Made by a program: the position numbers and the translations under genes
In this document: positions 25,075 through 37,360 of the stretch, in pieces
Numbering within the stretch: the stretch's first letter is position 1
How the letters are laid out: the number at the start of each line of letters is the position of its first letter
Origin: Neoconidiobolus thromboides FSU 785
Taxonomy: Eukaryota > Fungi > Entomophthoromycota
Assembly (NCBI GenBank): GCA_025603075.1
Contig: MU626290.1
Span: 82,987 to 146,986 of the forward strand
DNA: 64,000 bases
Direction of reading: 5' to 3'
Notes under the pieces: model-generated
Databases searched by the model: none
What the model saw: the letters and a program-made list of their open reading frames with translations, nothing else
Told to the model about the DNA's origin: nothing

Positions 25075-25397
25075 TTTATTCCTAGTTTAGTAAAATAAAT
25101 TAATATTAAGTAGTTTTAAATTAAATTATTATAAGATCTATTATTAAAAAGTCATAATTTAAAGTCTTCGATATATTATATCATGTAAAAAGATTATAAA
25201 ATTTTAAACGAAAAAAGAATATAAGAGACTATCATTATATACAAATACCATGTATTTAGTACAAAATAATGTATCAACTTAAATATTTTATTTGAATTCA
25301 CTTGATTATCAACTTAGGATTGCATTATTAAATTGCTTGTAATTTATTTTTAGCAATTTTTATTTTTTATTTTTTACTTATTTAAACTCCATAAAAT

Positions 25398-27332
25398 ATG
25401 TCATTAGCTCAAGAATTATTAGACGATTTAGACGACTCTATGTCTGAAGGAGAAAACTATGAAAATGAAAATGAAGATAAACAAGAAGACTCAGAAGGTG
25501 AAATGGAAGAAGATCAAGATGAAAAAGAAGATTCAATCGAAAGGAAAGATGTTGATTCAATCAATTCGGGATCCATTGAATCTCAAGCTAAGTTATTGAA
25601 ATCCAAAGAAATGATCGAAACTTTAAGAGTAAGTAGTTCTAGATAAAATCTGGATACTAATAGCAATTTATATTTTAGAAAATTGAAGAAATAAAGAAGG
25701 ATAAGGATAAACAAGAAACCAAGCTTATTGGTATTATGGAGCAAGATCCTCAATATAAATTAATTGTCAGCTCAAATACATTAGTTGCAGAAATTGATAA
25801 TGAATTGGTCACAGTTATAAAAGTAAATAATTTCAGCAACAACTATCATTAATTTATTAGTTTAGTTTATTAGAGATAATTATATCACTAGATTTAAAGG
25901 GCTTGATACTTTGATAACATCGCCATTAGACTATGTTAGAACAGTAAAAATGATCGGAAAAGAAAAAGTAAATTTATCTGTTTAAAATATAAAATAACTT
26001 ATTAATTTATAGGATTTGACGAAACTTAATCTCAAATCGATTTTAACACCAGTAAATGTGATGATTTTAACTGTAGCCAATACGGATTTAGTATCAAGAG
26101 AGATTGATGATAAATCTTTGCAAGAAGTTTTGAAAGCATGCGATATGGCTCTTGAATTAGATGAAGCTCAAAAAATAGTAAGTAGTATTTCTATTAACGC
26201 TAAACAACTATGATTTATAAATTTTAGCTTATTAATTTTGTTGAATCTCGTATGAACTATATTGCTCCAAATCTATCAGCAGTCGTTGGAACTACCACTG
26301 CAGCTAAATTGTTAGGTGTTGCTGGTGGTTTAAATGCTTTAGGTAGAATCCCAGCTTGCAATTTACAGGTAATCAAGCTAAACAAAACCATTTATAAATG
26401 GTATTAATATCACTATTAGACCTTAGGTTCATCAAAATCTATTAGTGCTGGGTTTTCAAAAGCAGCAACTAAAAATCACTTTGGATTTATATATTACTCT
26501 GAAATAGTCAAAGAGGCTCCGGTTGACGAAAGAAGAAGAATGGCTAGATTTGTAGCCAATAAGTATGATGATTTATTTATTTTCTCATAAATCTAATATT
26601 CTATAGAGCAGCATTAGCAGTTAGAATTGATTTAGCACAGGCTTCACGTGATGGTAAGTAACATCCATTTTCTTGATCATTAATAGTTAATTTGACTTAT
26701 AGGAAGCCAAGGCAAAGCTTTAAAAGAAGAAGTTAGAAAAAAATTAGACGTTGTGATGCAGCCACCACCAAGCAAAAATATTAAAGCGCTTCCAGTACCA
26801 GATGACGGCCCCAAAAAGAGACGCGGTGGGAGGAGGTAATGAAAAAGCACTATCTTAAAAATGATCTAAATTAATATCATAATGTGTTTATAGAGCAAGA
26901 AAGAATAAGGAATCTTTGGCTCAAACAGAACTTCGTAAAGCTCAAAATCGAGTTAACTTTGGTGAAGCTGAAGATGAAGCACATGGGCTTGACAGCTCTG
27001 TAGGGCTTGGTACTATGACATCAAATAGAGGCAAAATTCGTGCTGCAGCCATTGATACTCGTACAAAAAGTAAGTTTGGTTTTTACTTTAATGTCACTAT
27101 TATCTAACTCTATTCAGCATCGGTAAGTAAAAAATATAAAGCAATGTTATCTAAAACAAATTCCAACGTTGGGGGCACCATTACATCTGGGTTTACTACT
27201 TCATTAGCTTTTACACCGGTACAAGGTATTGAACTCGAGAATCCAGATTATAGAAAACAAAAAGTTAAGGAAGCCAATGACAAATACTTTGGTGTTGGAC
27301 AATCATTTATTAATGTTAAAAAGAAAGAATAA
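25398..27332 (+). CDS. PRP31: U4/U6 snRNP protein Prp31, multi-exon
   Basis: [86 protein letters not shown]. Confidence 0.96.
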
Positions 27333-27578
27333 ATGAACTGATATAAATTAATGAATAAATTGCCGTTTATTTAAATATTTGCTTTTTTATCTCTGTAGTT
27401 ATTTGTTGATAAGTTTAATTTTTTTTAAAACAATCATTTACTATTTTTGGTAAATATTTTAAAACTTCCTCCACTAATTAAAATATAACAGATTTAAAAG
27501 GTCAATTTTATTTATTAAATGTCATTAATATTAAACAGAAAACAAAAATAAGAGAGAAGATTAAAAGCGTTTTCAATT

Positions 27579-28927
27579 TCAATATCTTTCCTTAGATAGG
27601 GGATTATAATAATTAAAATTAGTTGAATCTAAAGGAAGATTAGTTGGTGGTGGTCGATAATAATTAGTACTATTATCTAGGCTAGATTGAGCTCGTATCG
27701 ATCTTCTAGAATAAGAGGCAAAGGTTGAATTAATAGAACTTCTACTAGAAATTTGAATACTTTGATGTCGATTTGGCGTTGTTCTACCTTTTTTTAAGAG
27801 TGAATGGTTAAATTGATTGTTACCATTGAATTGGGAGTAATTGCTTGAAGAAGAACTCATATAACTTTCGGTTATTGAATTTTTACGCTGTCTGTTGTAC
27901 TGATGCTTATTCTCATATTTGATTGATAGTATTGTATTTAAGTTAGGTAATGTCGGACTAGGTAACTTTAAATAACCCTCTTGATGATTCTTCATATCTT
28001 TTTGTCTCATTTCCTTTTGCCTTTGTAATCTTTGGTATGATAATAGCTTTGAGATTCTATTTTTAAGATAAGTAAAATATTAATTTAATATGAATTAAAA
28101 CTACCTTTTATCAATTTCATGGCAACAATATTCTTTTAAATTTCCTTGAATTTTAAATATTAAAACAATATATAGTAATGCAGCTAATACTACGAGTAGA
28201 GCAGTTATAATAAATAGAATATTGGAAATTGCCAAAGTTGCTAGAGTAAAGTAGGACAGTAATTTTGAACTTGAAAAATTATGAATACGTTCAAGTATTG
28301 CTGCTTCATTACCCCTTAACGAAATTAAAAACCTTATTAAAATATAGCTTTTTAACATTTCTCTACCGATATCTACTAATAAAAATCTTTTCCACCCTTA
28401 AAATAAAATTAGCATGTAAAATTAAAATTGTGATGAAAGCTACCTTTTAATGTAAAATAGATAAAAAAAGTGATACTTTCGGTCAATGTCCTCGGTTCAG
28501 CTAATTTTTTAAAAAAACAATAGTTTTTATAGTTGGTAAGTATATACAATCGATGAGCTATAACGTTTGTGTAAACAACCGATATATCTTTGGATTTTAT
28601 AATTTTATAAGACTTATATAATTCATAGGGGACTAATATAATTGAGCAAGATAAGGAAGCATAAAACACGTATGCAAACCATTTCTCATGATATGGTCCA
28701 AAATATAGATCTAAAGCTTTATCTCCATTGGTGATCAAATTAATAGTTGTCCATATATCTGAGCAGTACATCAATATAGTTTTAAATAAGATTAAAAATG
28801 GGGCTATATAGCTTAATTTTGTTATAATTCTTTCATCGTAAAATTGATCAATATCGATATAATCAAATTTAAAGTCAGTTATTGATTCTCTTTTCCAATG
28901 AGTATCCTTCCATTTTATCAAATTCAT
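27579..28927 (-). CDS. KCH1: Kch1/Prm6-family (low-affinity K+ uptake) membrane protein, multi-exon
   Basis: WKRESITDFKFDYIDIDQF, MYCSDIWT, FTLKGWKRFLL, GNLKEYCCHEIDKR; Ser/Asn-rich tail. Confidence 0.8.
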
Positions 28928-29359
28928 AAAAAATTTCAATTATAAAATTATAAAAAACTAAATAAATATATTGATGATAATATATATTGTAATTTTTATT
29001 TTTATTTTTATTTTTCTATATTTGTTAATTTGAAATTCTTTAGATCAATTAAGAGTACAGCCAATCACTTTCTTAGTTAAAATCGGATCACCTTGCTACT
29101 CGTTAATCAAGTATCATCTGTGGATATTCATTTAATTACTGCTAAAAATTTCATCTCCATCAAATTAAATTGATATCATTATTAAATATTCAGGTGCTAT
29201 CATTATAAATGCTGCTTTATTTAAAACATCATTAAAATGATACAGGATCGTAATTTAACCTTTAATTTAACATTCTAATAAACTTATTTTCCTAATTGAT
29301 TAATTTAGTATTATTACGTTATTAAGTTAACTTAAAATAGATAAACAATAGCACATTTA

Positions 29360-30847
29360 TTATAAATTTTCAGAAATGTAATCCAAATAATAATTAGAGA
29401 AGAGATAAGCGCCATGAGTTAAGTCCAACATATAATAATTGATATTCGAATTGTTGAGTTTTACTCTCAATTCTGTTAAATGACTTATAATATAATTAGA
29501 GTTGAGTAAAAAATCGTATTTAGATAAATAAACATAGGTGGGTACATTTAAATCTTGGTTAAAAGCAATTCCTTGATTTAAGATAGCATATCTGCCTATA
29601 GTGTTACCAACAAACAAATCCTCTGCCATCAAGTGTTGAGTAACCCTATTCATAAAAAAATCTAATTGATTAAACATAAAATTGACCGCAAAAGTAGGTT
29701 CCCAATTAGTGAAGCAAGCTGGATCAACTAGACACATTTTTTGAATATAGTATGGACGATGTTTTAATATAAAACTAGTTGCAATTGTACCATAAGAATG
29801 AGCCATTATTGAGCATTTTTCAATTTCGTGAAGTTGAAATGCACTATCTAGCGCATACATTATATCTTCAACAGTTGGTATTTGTAAAGTAGGGATTAAA
29901 GTCACTGCTTGAAGTTCTAATAAAACAATTTTACGAGTATGAAAGTCAGTTCTTAATTTTAAAATTTGGCGCATGTATAATGATACACCTGTACCTACTC
30001 CATGTATAAATAATATTGGTGGTTCGTCATTACTACTGTTATTATCAGAAAGATTTTCATGTGGCTCATATATCCAATAAGTTATCGGGGAATTTTTTAT
30101 TGAATTTCTTTGGAAACCAGAGAGCATTAATATTATACACATTGAAGTGTGAAATAACATAATTGTCTAAGTTAAAAATTAATAAATAGTTGATAATACT
30201 TTGTACAAGTAACTTACCAAATAAAATAAAATGGGCTTATACTTTGAGCTAAATTCAGTCAAAGCCAAAAACACAGGAGCACGCTGTAATTTGTCTTCCT
30301 CTTTACTTAATTTTATATCAAGTTTCGTTTGTATTAACTCAACATATTCGTTCAATTCCATATCCATTTCATTTGATAAACTATTCAAATCGCGTACATG
30401 TAAATACCATGCTAGCCATTGCTTTACCTGATTAAACGTAAGTTCTTCATTTGAGTATGGATAAAAATATTTATTTATCAAGCTTAAATCAAAATAATTT
30501 CCATCAAATAGTAATGAAACTATCTTCTGTTTGTCCGTTTCGTTTAGATCAAACTTAAATTCTTTTCTTTTCAGTACCATTTTTTTATTTAAATATTTAA
30601 AGTAAATAAAAAAAGCCACTTCATTAACACTTAAAATGAGTAGAATTAGTGATAAGTTAGTGTTGATTCCATAATAGATATTGTAAAGTATTGTTATTAT
30701 TGAAATTGGTACTATCAACTTTATAAACCTTATTATTACATATAATATGATATTTAATGGTGAATGAAAATTATGGGGATTTTTAATATCTACTCTCACT
30801 CCACTTAATTCGCTTAACAACTCAATAATCAGTTTGGATTCAAACAT
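29360..30847 (-). CDS. Membrane-anchored alpha/beta hydrolase; 2 exons
   Basis: N-terminal TM segments; PILFIHGVG and nucleophile elbow AHSYGT; LVDPACF. Confidence 0.78.
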
Positions 30848-31478
30848 TTTTTAAATTCAATTTCTCTTTTTTCTTTTTCTTTATATACTTTTTTGTTCTG
30901 ATTGCAATTTCTATTTTAAACTTGATTTTGGTTCCTTTTCATCCCTTAATTTTAATCAATGTTACAAAGCATGCTACTTTACACTTGAATTTTTATTTTA
31001 ATATTACACCCCGTAAAAGCTTAAGGAAATAAATTAAAAATAGGCATTATACTTCTTTAATAAAAGGCAAAGTATTATTATACATCTGTTACTAGTATTA
31101 GTATCTCATAACCAAATAGACCTATTATATTTTGTTTATTGAAAGGGGGTTTAAGGGTTAAGAAAATTCTGCTTACGCTATCATGATTTGAACTTTATTC
31201 TTTTTATCAAACTTTACAGGTTCATTATTCAAATGTTAATAACAAACAATCTCCGCCCCCATAGTGATGATTTATATAAACTGATTAATAAATCAGTAAT
31301 TCATCTTATTAATGTTAAGTTGTTTTTATTAAAATTGTTATTAAGCTTGATCCTGAAATATTATATTTTAAATAGTAAACTTTAATCTCAATGTTATACG
31401 GCTTTATGATGTATTAATATAAACCATAAATTTTTGTGCAAAATTATTTATGAAATAAAATATTTGATTGTAACACAT

Positions 31479-31571
31479 GGGTATGTATTTGTTTGAGAAT
31501 TTTACCAACGATCTTTCCACTCAAATAATATTTGAAAAATGGAAAAAGGGAGGAAATCAAAAAATATCCTC
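31479..31571 (+). mobile_element. MITE copy 11 (diverged)
   Basis: AT|GGGTATGT...ATATCCTC|AT with family core. Confidence 0.8.
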
Positions 31572-32088
31572 ATATTTTTTCCAAGTGTTAAACTTTCTGA
31601 AATTAGCTTAAGAAATAAAATTATAAAGCTTAAAAGTAGAAAGTGTGCAATTTTACCTAAAAAACTACATTTAGCTATTCTGATAGATTATTTATGATAT
31701 TCATAAACTTCTCTAGTTAGCTATACTACATCTTATTTATTACTACTATGTACATTAATGTCACTTTCATCACTTTGTTAAAATCTACAGCTAATTTTTT
31801 TTATATTTAAGTTATTTAAAGCTAGACTTTAGATATGTTTTTAGTACTTTTAAAATAATAAGCTTAAATTATAGCTATTATATAAAAAAATCACTACATA
31901 TACAACAGATAAAAATTAAGTAATTTGTTAATAGAACATTAATAACTCTACAATTAGTTTAAATACAATTTAAAAAATTTACTTCATATTATGTTAAAGC
32001 TTACTTTTATCAATAAATTAATATATTGTCATACATTAATGGGTTTTTTATGTCTAATAATTAGAGCTATTTACTATATTAAAGTTAT

Positions 32089-32186
32089 GGGGATGTTTCT
32101 TTGGCTTCATCACTTTTTCCATCTTTTAAGCACTATTTCAGTGGGAAAATTGTTAGTAAAATTCTTAAATACAAAAATACATCCCC
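32089..32186 (-). mobile_element. MITE copy 12
   Basis: GGGGATGT...ACATCCCC, reverse core. Confidence 0.9.
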
Positions 32187-32243
32187 TTATCATCAAGATA
32201 TTTTCATAAATTTTTATTAAATTATGAAACTATAATTTTATAT

Positions 32244-32340
32244 GGGGATGTCTTTTTTAGTTTTATCATCTTTTTCATTTTTAAGTACTATTTGAGCAGA
32301 AAGATTGCTAGCAAAATCCTTAAACAAAAAATACATCTCC
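32244..32340 (-). mobile_element. MITE copy 13
   Basis: Reverse core, AT flanks, 57 bp from copy 12. Confidence 0.88.
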
Positions 32341-33059
32341 ATATTAATCCAAAAATATTGATATTTCTTGAAAGTAAGTATCTGATATTACTAATACAAT
32401 ACTCTCCTTATTCAAAACGTTTGTATTCAAGGAATAATTTGTAAAACTAAGAAATATGTTTTCTAAATTTATAATTGGCTTAAATCGTTGGTTTTCTATT
32501 TGTCTTCTGGTTAAATACCTCTGACAGTCAAATCCTTTCTCTATATTCAAAGGATTCCTTCAATTTTTCTATAAAATCAATTACTTTGATTGTTATCTCA
32601 ACTTGTTTTATATCGTGTTTGTTTTCAGTTTTAATTTACCAATATCCTAGACCATCTACAAAGTCAATATTGATTCCCCTCCATTTGGAGCTGCCTTACA
32701 CAATTCTCCTCTTCATATATGTACCAGATAATTAAGTGGAAAAATGATTTCCTCATTAACAAAGTGAATTTATCGCAGAACTGGAGCGAACGAGAAGCTT
32801 TAGCTTTTGACACTCTTTTCTCTTCAAATTTTCTTTAATTGTATTAATAAATTATTTAAGAACACAAGGTCAAGAATTTTAAAGAATAAATCGTTATTAA
32901 AAATTGATAAAAAGAGCTTCAATTATAAATAGCATAAATCATAGTAGCTGATATACTATTGTGATCTTAATCGATCATGCTTTCACTTAATAAGTGTGTC
33001 TTAATAAGTGCGTCTTAAAAAGTATATTAATTTTATTTTATAATACGCTAGAACTATAT

Positions 33060-33330
33060 TAAAGAAAAATTTCACTGTACCAAACTCCACTTTTCAAAGA
33101 TTTCAGGAATTTAAAACCAAAAATTCGCCATAAATTAGTACTATTTATACTGTAGGACACTTTCCGAAGAGTTAATCTAGAAAATTTGATATGGTCTTAG
33201 ATCCTCTACTGCAAATCCCACTTTACACTCTTTTAAAGGTCATTTAATCCCTGATTTATCTCCACCTTGAATTCAGCAATGTTGGTTTAACCACTGAACA
33301 TGATAAAAAAATTTGTAGCCTTGAATTTTA
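33060..33330 (-). pseudogene. Relic ORF with in-frame TAA/TAG stops
   Basis: Reads MFSG*TNIAEFKVEINQGLNDL*KSVKWDLQ*RI*DHIKFSRLTLRKVSYS...; internal stops are all TAA/TAG. Confidence 0.4.
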
Positions 33331-33951
33331 AAAAGAATAAAAGCTAAATAAAATTTCGATGTTGGAAAGGTTAGCTTGAAGATATAACTTAAGGCTATTA
33401 GAAATATAAATCGCTTATTTAATCAATTGTTAAAAAACAAAGCATATTAATAAGAACAGGTATTATAGCTATGAAAGAACTGGATAACTCAAAATTACTT
33501 AAAATAGATCAATAAACAACAATTACATTGTTTGAAGTAATATAACTTTATTTAGAAAAAGCTATAGAGTATTAAAACAAAGAGCAGAAGATCTTTTTTC
33601 TCCATATCTTTTTTATAAGATTGTGTTTTAGTTGTTAATTTATAATATTAAAAACTTTTTTGTTTTCTATCTCAGTCAAGCATCATATCACCAGAAAAGC
33701 TACCAAAAAACCAAACTACAACTGAGTAATGCTTCAATGAAAAATAGGTTAAATCATACTTGCATACAAAATTTGATAATAATTGATTTGGAAACAAAAA
33801 AGGAAAAATAAGGGATAGATTACATGAGAATTCCAATTAATATCACATCTGAAATACCAAAGTCGATGATGCAAAAGTTACCACTAATTTTTCGTAAAAT
33901 ATAAAAGGTTGGTATTCAAACGTTACCACGGCTTTTTAACTTTATTAAACT

Positions 33952-36474
33952 ATGGTGAACTTAACTATGGACAACATTCGTGCTATGATGGGCAAGCCAT
34001 CTAATATCCGTAATGTGGCTGTTATAGGGCACGTTGACCACGGAAAATCTACATTGGTTGATTCTTTAATATCAAAGGCTAGAATCGTTCCAACAAATAA
34101 TACTAGAAACACCAGTGGCACTGTCATCAGTCAAGATAAGCAAGATCAGTATAATACTAAATCTACTTCTACTCCTTTACACTTTGGATTGCCAGAGGAG
34201 AGTACGAAAATTATTAACCAAGAAACAAATGGTGGTGAATTTTTGGTCAATCTAATTGAGCTGCCAGCATATACTAGCTTCTCAACAGGAATAGCTAATG
34301 CACTTCGAGTTACTGATGGCACCTTGGTTATTTTGGATTGTATCGATGGTTTATGTGTACAAACAGAAAGTACTTTACGTCTAGCTCTTACTGAAGCAAT
34401 CAAGCCTATATTGGTCCTAAACAAATTAGATCGTGCTATATTTGAGCTTCAACTTGAAAAAGAAGAACTTTATCAATCTTTACGCCGTAGAATCGATAAT
34501 TTCAATATAACTATCTCTACCTATACTGATAATGAATCAGGAACTACTCGAGTTGATGCAAAAGATGGAACAGTTGCTTTTAGTTCTGGTCTTGGTGGAT
34601 GGGCCTTTACTCTTCGTCAGTTTGCTGAAATCTATTATAAGAAATTTGGTGTCGATAAAGAAAAACTTATGAAAGTCCTTTGGGGCGACTATTATTATAT
34701 CCCAGAGTCCAAAAGATGGATTAACAAAGCTAATGCTTCTGATAATAACTCCTTGGAGCGTAGTTTTAATATGTTAATTTTGGATCCTATTTATCGTATT
34801 TTTGACACAGTAATGAATTCTAAACGCGGTGAGCTTGAAAATCTACTAGAAAGATTAAATATACAACTCAACAATGAAGAGAAAGAGTTAAATGGAAAGC
34901 CTTTACTTAATATAGTTATGCGTAAATTTCTACCTGCTTCTGATGCGCTGCTTGAGATGGCTGTCATTCATCTTCCATCACCTGTTACTGCTCAAAAGTA
35001 TCGTGCTGCTACCCTTTATGAAGGACCAATTGATGACGAAGCCTGTACTGCTATTAGAAAATGTGATCCAAATGGCCCTTTAATGGCTTATATATCTAAA
35101 ATGGTACCGATTTCTGATAGCGGCCGTTTCTATGCTTTTGGTCGTATTTTTTCAGGTACTGCTCGCTCAGGTCTTAAAGTGCGTATTCAAGGCCCTAACT
35201 ATATCCCAGGTAAAGATGATGACCTTTTTATTAAACCTATTGAGAGTACTATCCTTGTGACAGGACATTATTTTGAGTCTATCGAGGATTGTCCAGCTGG
35301 TAACATTATTGGTTTTACTGGTGTTGATCAATTTCTTCTCAAATCTGGTACAATTACTACTTTAGAAACAGCTTTTAACATCAAAACTATGAAATTTTCT
35401 ACTGCATCTGTAGTACAAGTTGCTGTTGATGTTAAGAATCCTGATGATTTACCAAAGCTAATTGAAGGCCTTAAACGTTTATCCAAGTCTGACCCACTTG
35501 TACAATGCTTCACTTCTGAATCTGGTCAACATATTATTAGTGGTACCGGAGAGTTACACCTTGAAATGTCTATCGATGACCTTCAGAAAGAATATACTGG
35601 TGTACCTATTAAAGCTAGTGACTTATCTGTACAATATTGCGAAACAGTTCAAACTGAATCTCTAAAATCAAATTCATCTGAATCCCCAAACAACTATAAC
35701 CGAATTTATATGAAAGTAGGGCCATTAGATATGTCTATTGTATCAGAGATTGAGAAAGGAAAAATTAGCTCAAAAGACGACGATGAAGCTATCTCTCGTT
35801 ACCTTTTTGAGAACCATGGTTGGGATATCAATGCTGGTCGTCGTATATGGTGTTTTGGTCCAGAAGATGCTGGAACTAACCTTTTAGTTGATGAAACTAA
35901 AGACATAACATACCTTTCTGAAATTAAGAATTCATGTAATAGTGCTTTTCAATGGGCGACCAAGGAAGGTGCTTTATGTGGGGAGAAGATGAGAGCCACA
36001 TGTTTTAATATCACTGACGCTGTACTACATGCTAATGCTATTCATCGTGGTGACGATCAAATTATTCCTATGTGCCGCCGTGTTATCCATGGATCACAGC
36101 TTAAAGCTGAGCCGACATTACTTGAGCCTGTTTATTCGGTTGAGATTGAAGTTCCAAACGAGGTTTTAAGTAGTGCACAGTCACTAATATTAAAACGTCG
36201 TGGGTACATAGAAAATATAGCTGAGGGCCCAGGTAATCTTGTCTCTATCCTTGAAGGTTACCTACCTGTCAGTGAGTCATTTGGTTTCCATGAAGCCTTA
36301 ATTTCGAGTACCCGTGGTAGAGCTTTGCTAAAACTTACTTTTAGTCATTGGAATGTAGTTCCTGGTTCCATTTATGAACCTGGATTAGTATCCTCAATTA
36401 TCTTTAAGATACGTGAACGCAAAGGGCTCAAACCAGAGATTCCATCGCCTAATGACTATTTGAATAAGCTATAA
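33952..36474 (+). CDS. EFT2: Divergent, intronless elongation factor 2 paralog (840 aa) with degenerate GTPase motifs
   Basis: Colinear with eEF2 over the full length (GHVDHGKST, ALRVTDG, NKLD, GWAFTLRQFA, EGLKRLSKSDP, GTGELHLE, AFQWATKEG, AIHRG, YLPVSESFGF) but DSPGH reads ELPAY. Confidence 0.93.
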   Translation: MVNLTMDNIRAMMGKPSNIRNVAVIGHVDHGKSTLVDSLISKARIVPTNNTRNTSGTVISQDKQDQYNTKSTSTPLHFGLPEESTKIINQETNGGEFLVNLIELPAYTSFSTGIANALRVTDGTLVILDCIDGLCVQTESTLRLALTEAIKPILVLNKLDRAIFELQLEKEELYQSLRRRIDNFNITISTYTDNESGTTRVDAKDGTVAFSSGLGGWAFTLRQFAEIYYKKFGVDKEKLMKVLWGDYYYIPESKRWINKANASDNNSLERSFNMLILDPIYRIFDTVMNSKRGELENLLERLNIQLNNEEKELNGKPLLNIVMRKFLPASDALLEMAVIHLPSPVTAQKYRAATLYEGPIDDEACTAIRKCDPNGPLMAYISKMVPISDSGRFYAFGRIFSGTARSGLKVRIQGPNYIPGKDDDLFIKPIESTILVTGHYFESIEDCPAGNIIGFTGVDQFLLKSGTITTLETAFNIKTMKFSTASVVQVAVDVKNPDDLPKLIEGLKRLSKSDPLVQCFTSESGQHIISGTGELHLEMSIDDLQKEYTGVPIKASDLSVQYCETVQTESLKSNSSESPNNYNRIYMKVGPLDMSIVSEIEKGKISSKDDDEAISRYLFENHGWDINAGRRIWCFGPEDAGTNLLVDETKDITYLSEIKNSCNSAFQWATKEGALCGEKMRATCFNITDAVLHANAIHRGDDQIIPMCRRVIHGSQLKAEPTLLEPVYSVEIEVPNEVLSSAQSLILKRRGYIENIAEGPGNLVSILEGYLPVSESFGFHEALISSTRGRALLKLTFSHWNVVPGSIYEPGLVSSIIFKIRERKGLKPEIPSPNDYLNKL

Positions 36475-36533
36475 GCAAGTTTCAAAAATTTATTAATAGT
36501 TATAGCATTATAAATAACTAGTAATTATAATAT

Positions 36534-36633
36534 GTGATGATGTTTTTTTTTGGCTTCATCACTTTTTTCATTTTTTAAGCATTATTGATCGGAAAGATTG
36601 TTAGTAAAGTCCTTAAACAAAAAATAAATCCCT
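36534..36633 (-). mobile_element. MITE copy 14
   Basis: Reverse core, about 60 bp after the eEF2-like stop codon. Confidence 0.83.
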
Positions 36634-37126
36634 ATGTGCTACTAATAAAGCTTTAAAATATTTGCTCGACTTTAGACTTTTAAGTTAAACACATGATATA
36701 TGGTATCTATAGACATCTGGCTATATTATTTGAATAAATATAAAATTGAGATGGACCTGAAGTAGAGCTATTAGTTCTATTTTTTTAATATTAAACCTTA
36801 AAATCTAGAATATATCAAGGAAATTAAACTTGTTTATAAATAGTTGAAACTAAAAGGTATGGTAACAATAGCCTTAAGATATTTTTTATACAGGTAAAAG
36901 AACAGAATAGTAGACTTGTGAAAGTATTTTAATTTATTTCATCTTTAGATTTAACAATGTGATATTACAATATCATTAATAACCATTGATTTATTCCCTA
37001 TCAATAATTTTTATCGATTGAATGAATTTTAACTAAATATCAGTTTTATAAAAAATAAAATTATTATCTCATAATTGACAAATAACTCAAATTCTATGAG
37101 AGTTCAGACGATTGTTTAAGCTATAT

Positions 37127-37221
37127 AGAGGTGTTTTTTTATTTTATTACTTTTTGCATCTTTTAAACACTATTTGAGCATAAAAATTGTTAGTAATTCT
37201 TAAACACAAAAATATATCCCT
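37127..37221 (-). mobile_element. MITE copy 15
   Basis: Reverse core, AT flanks; shares a 2-nt deletion with copy 2. Confidence 0.83.
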
Positions 37222-37360
37222 ATATACTAACTTAATACAGAATAAAATTTAAAATTAAGTACTGACTACATAATAAATACTAAATAAGTAACAAATGAGT
37301 TGTTCTTAAACTTTTATTTTAATTAATTTATGAAAAATTAATACTAAGTCTATTACAAAT

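Noticed and set aside
5105-27332. Existing gene introns as Introner/MITE insertions
   Set aside because: The introns I read in VMA3, the F-box gene, TFB4, ATG12 and PRP31 do not resemble the MITE or each other beyond splice signals.
33952-36474. Assignment as Efl1/Ria1 or Snu114, or as a dead pseudogene
   Set aside because: Length and motifs are colinear with eEF2, with no Snu114 N-terminal extension or Efl1 insertion. The frame is intact over 840 codons despite heavy divergence, which argues against long-dead status, although dN/dS is still needed.
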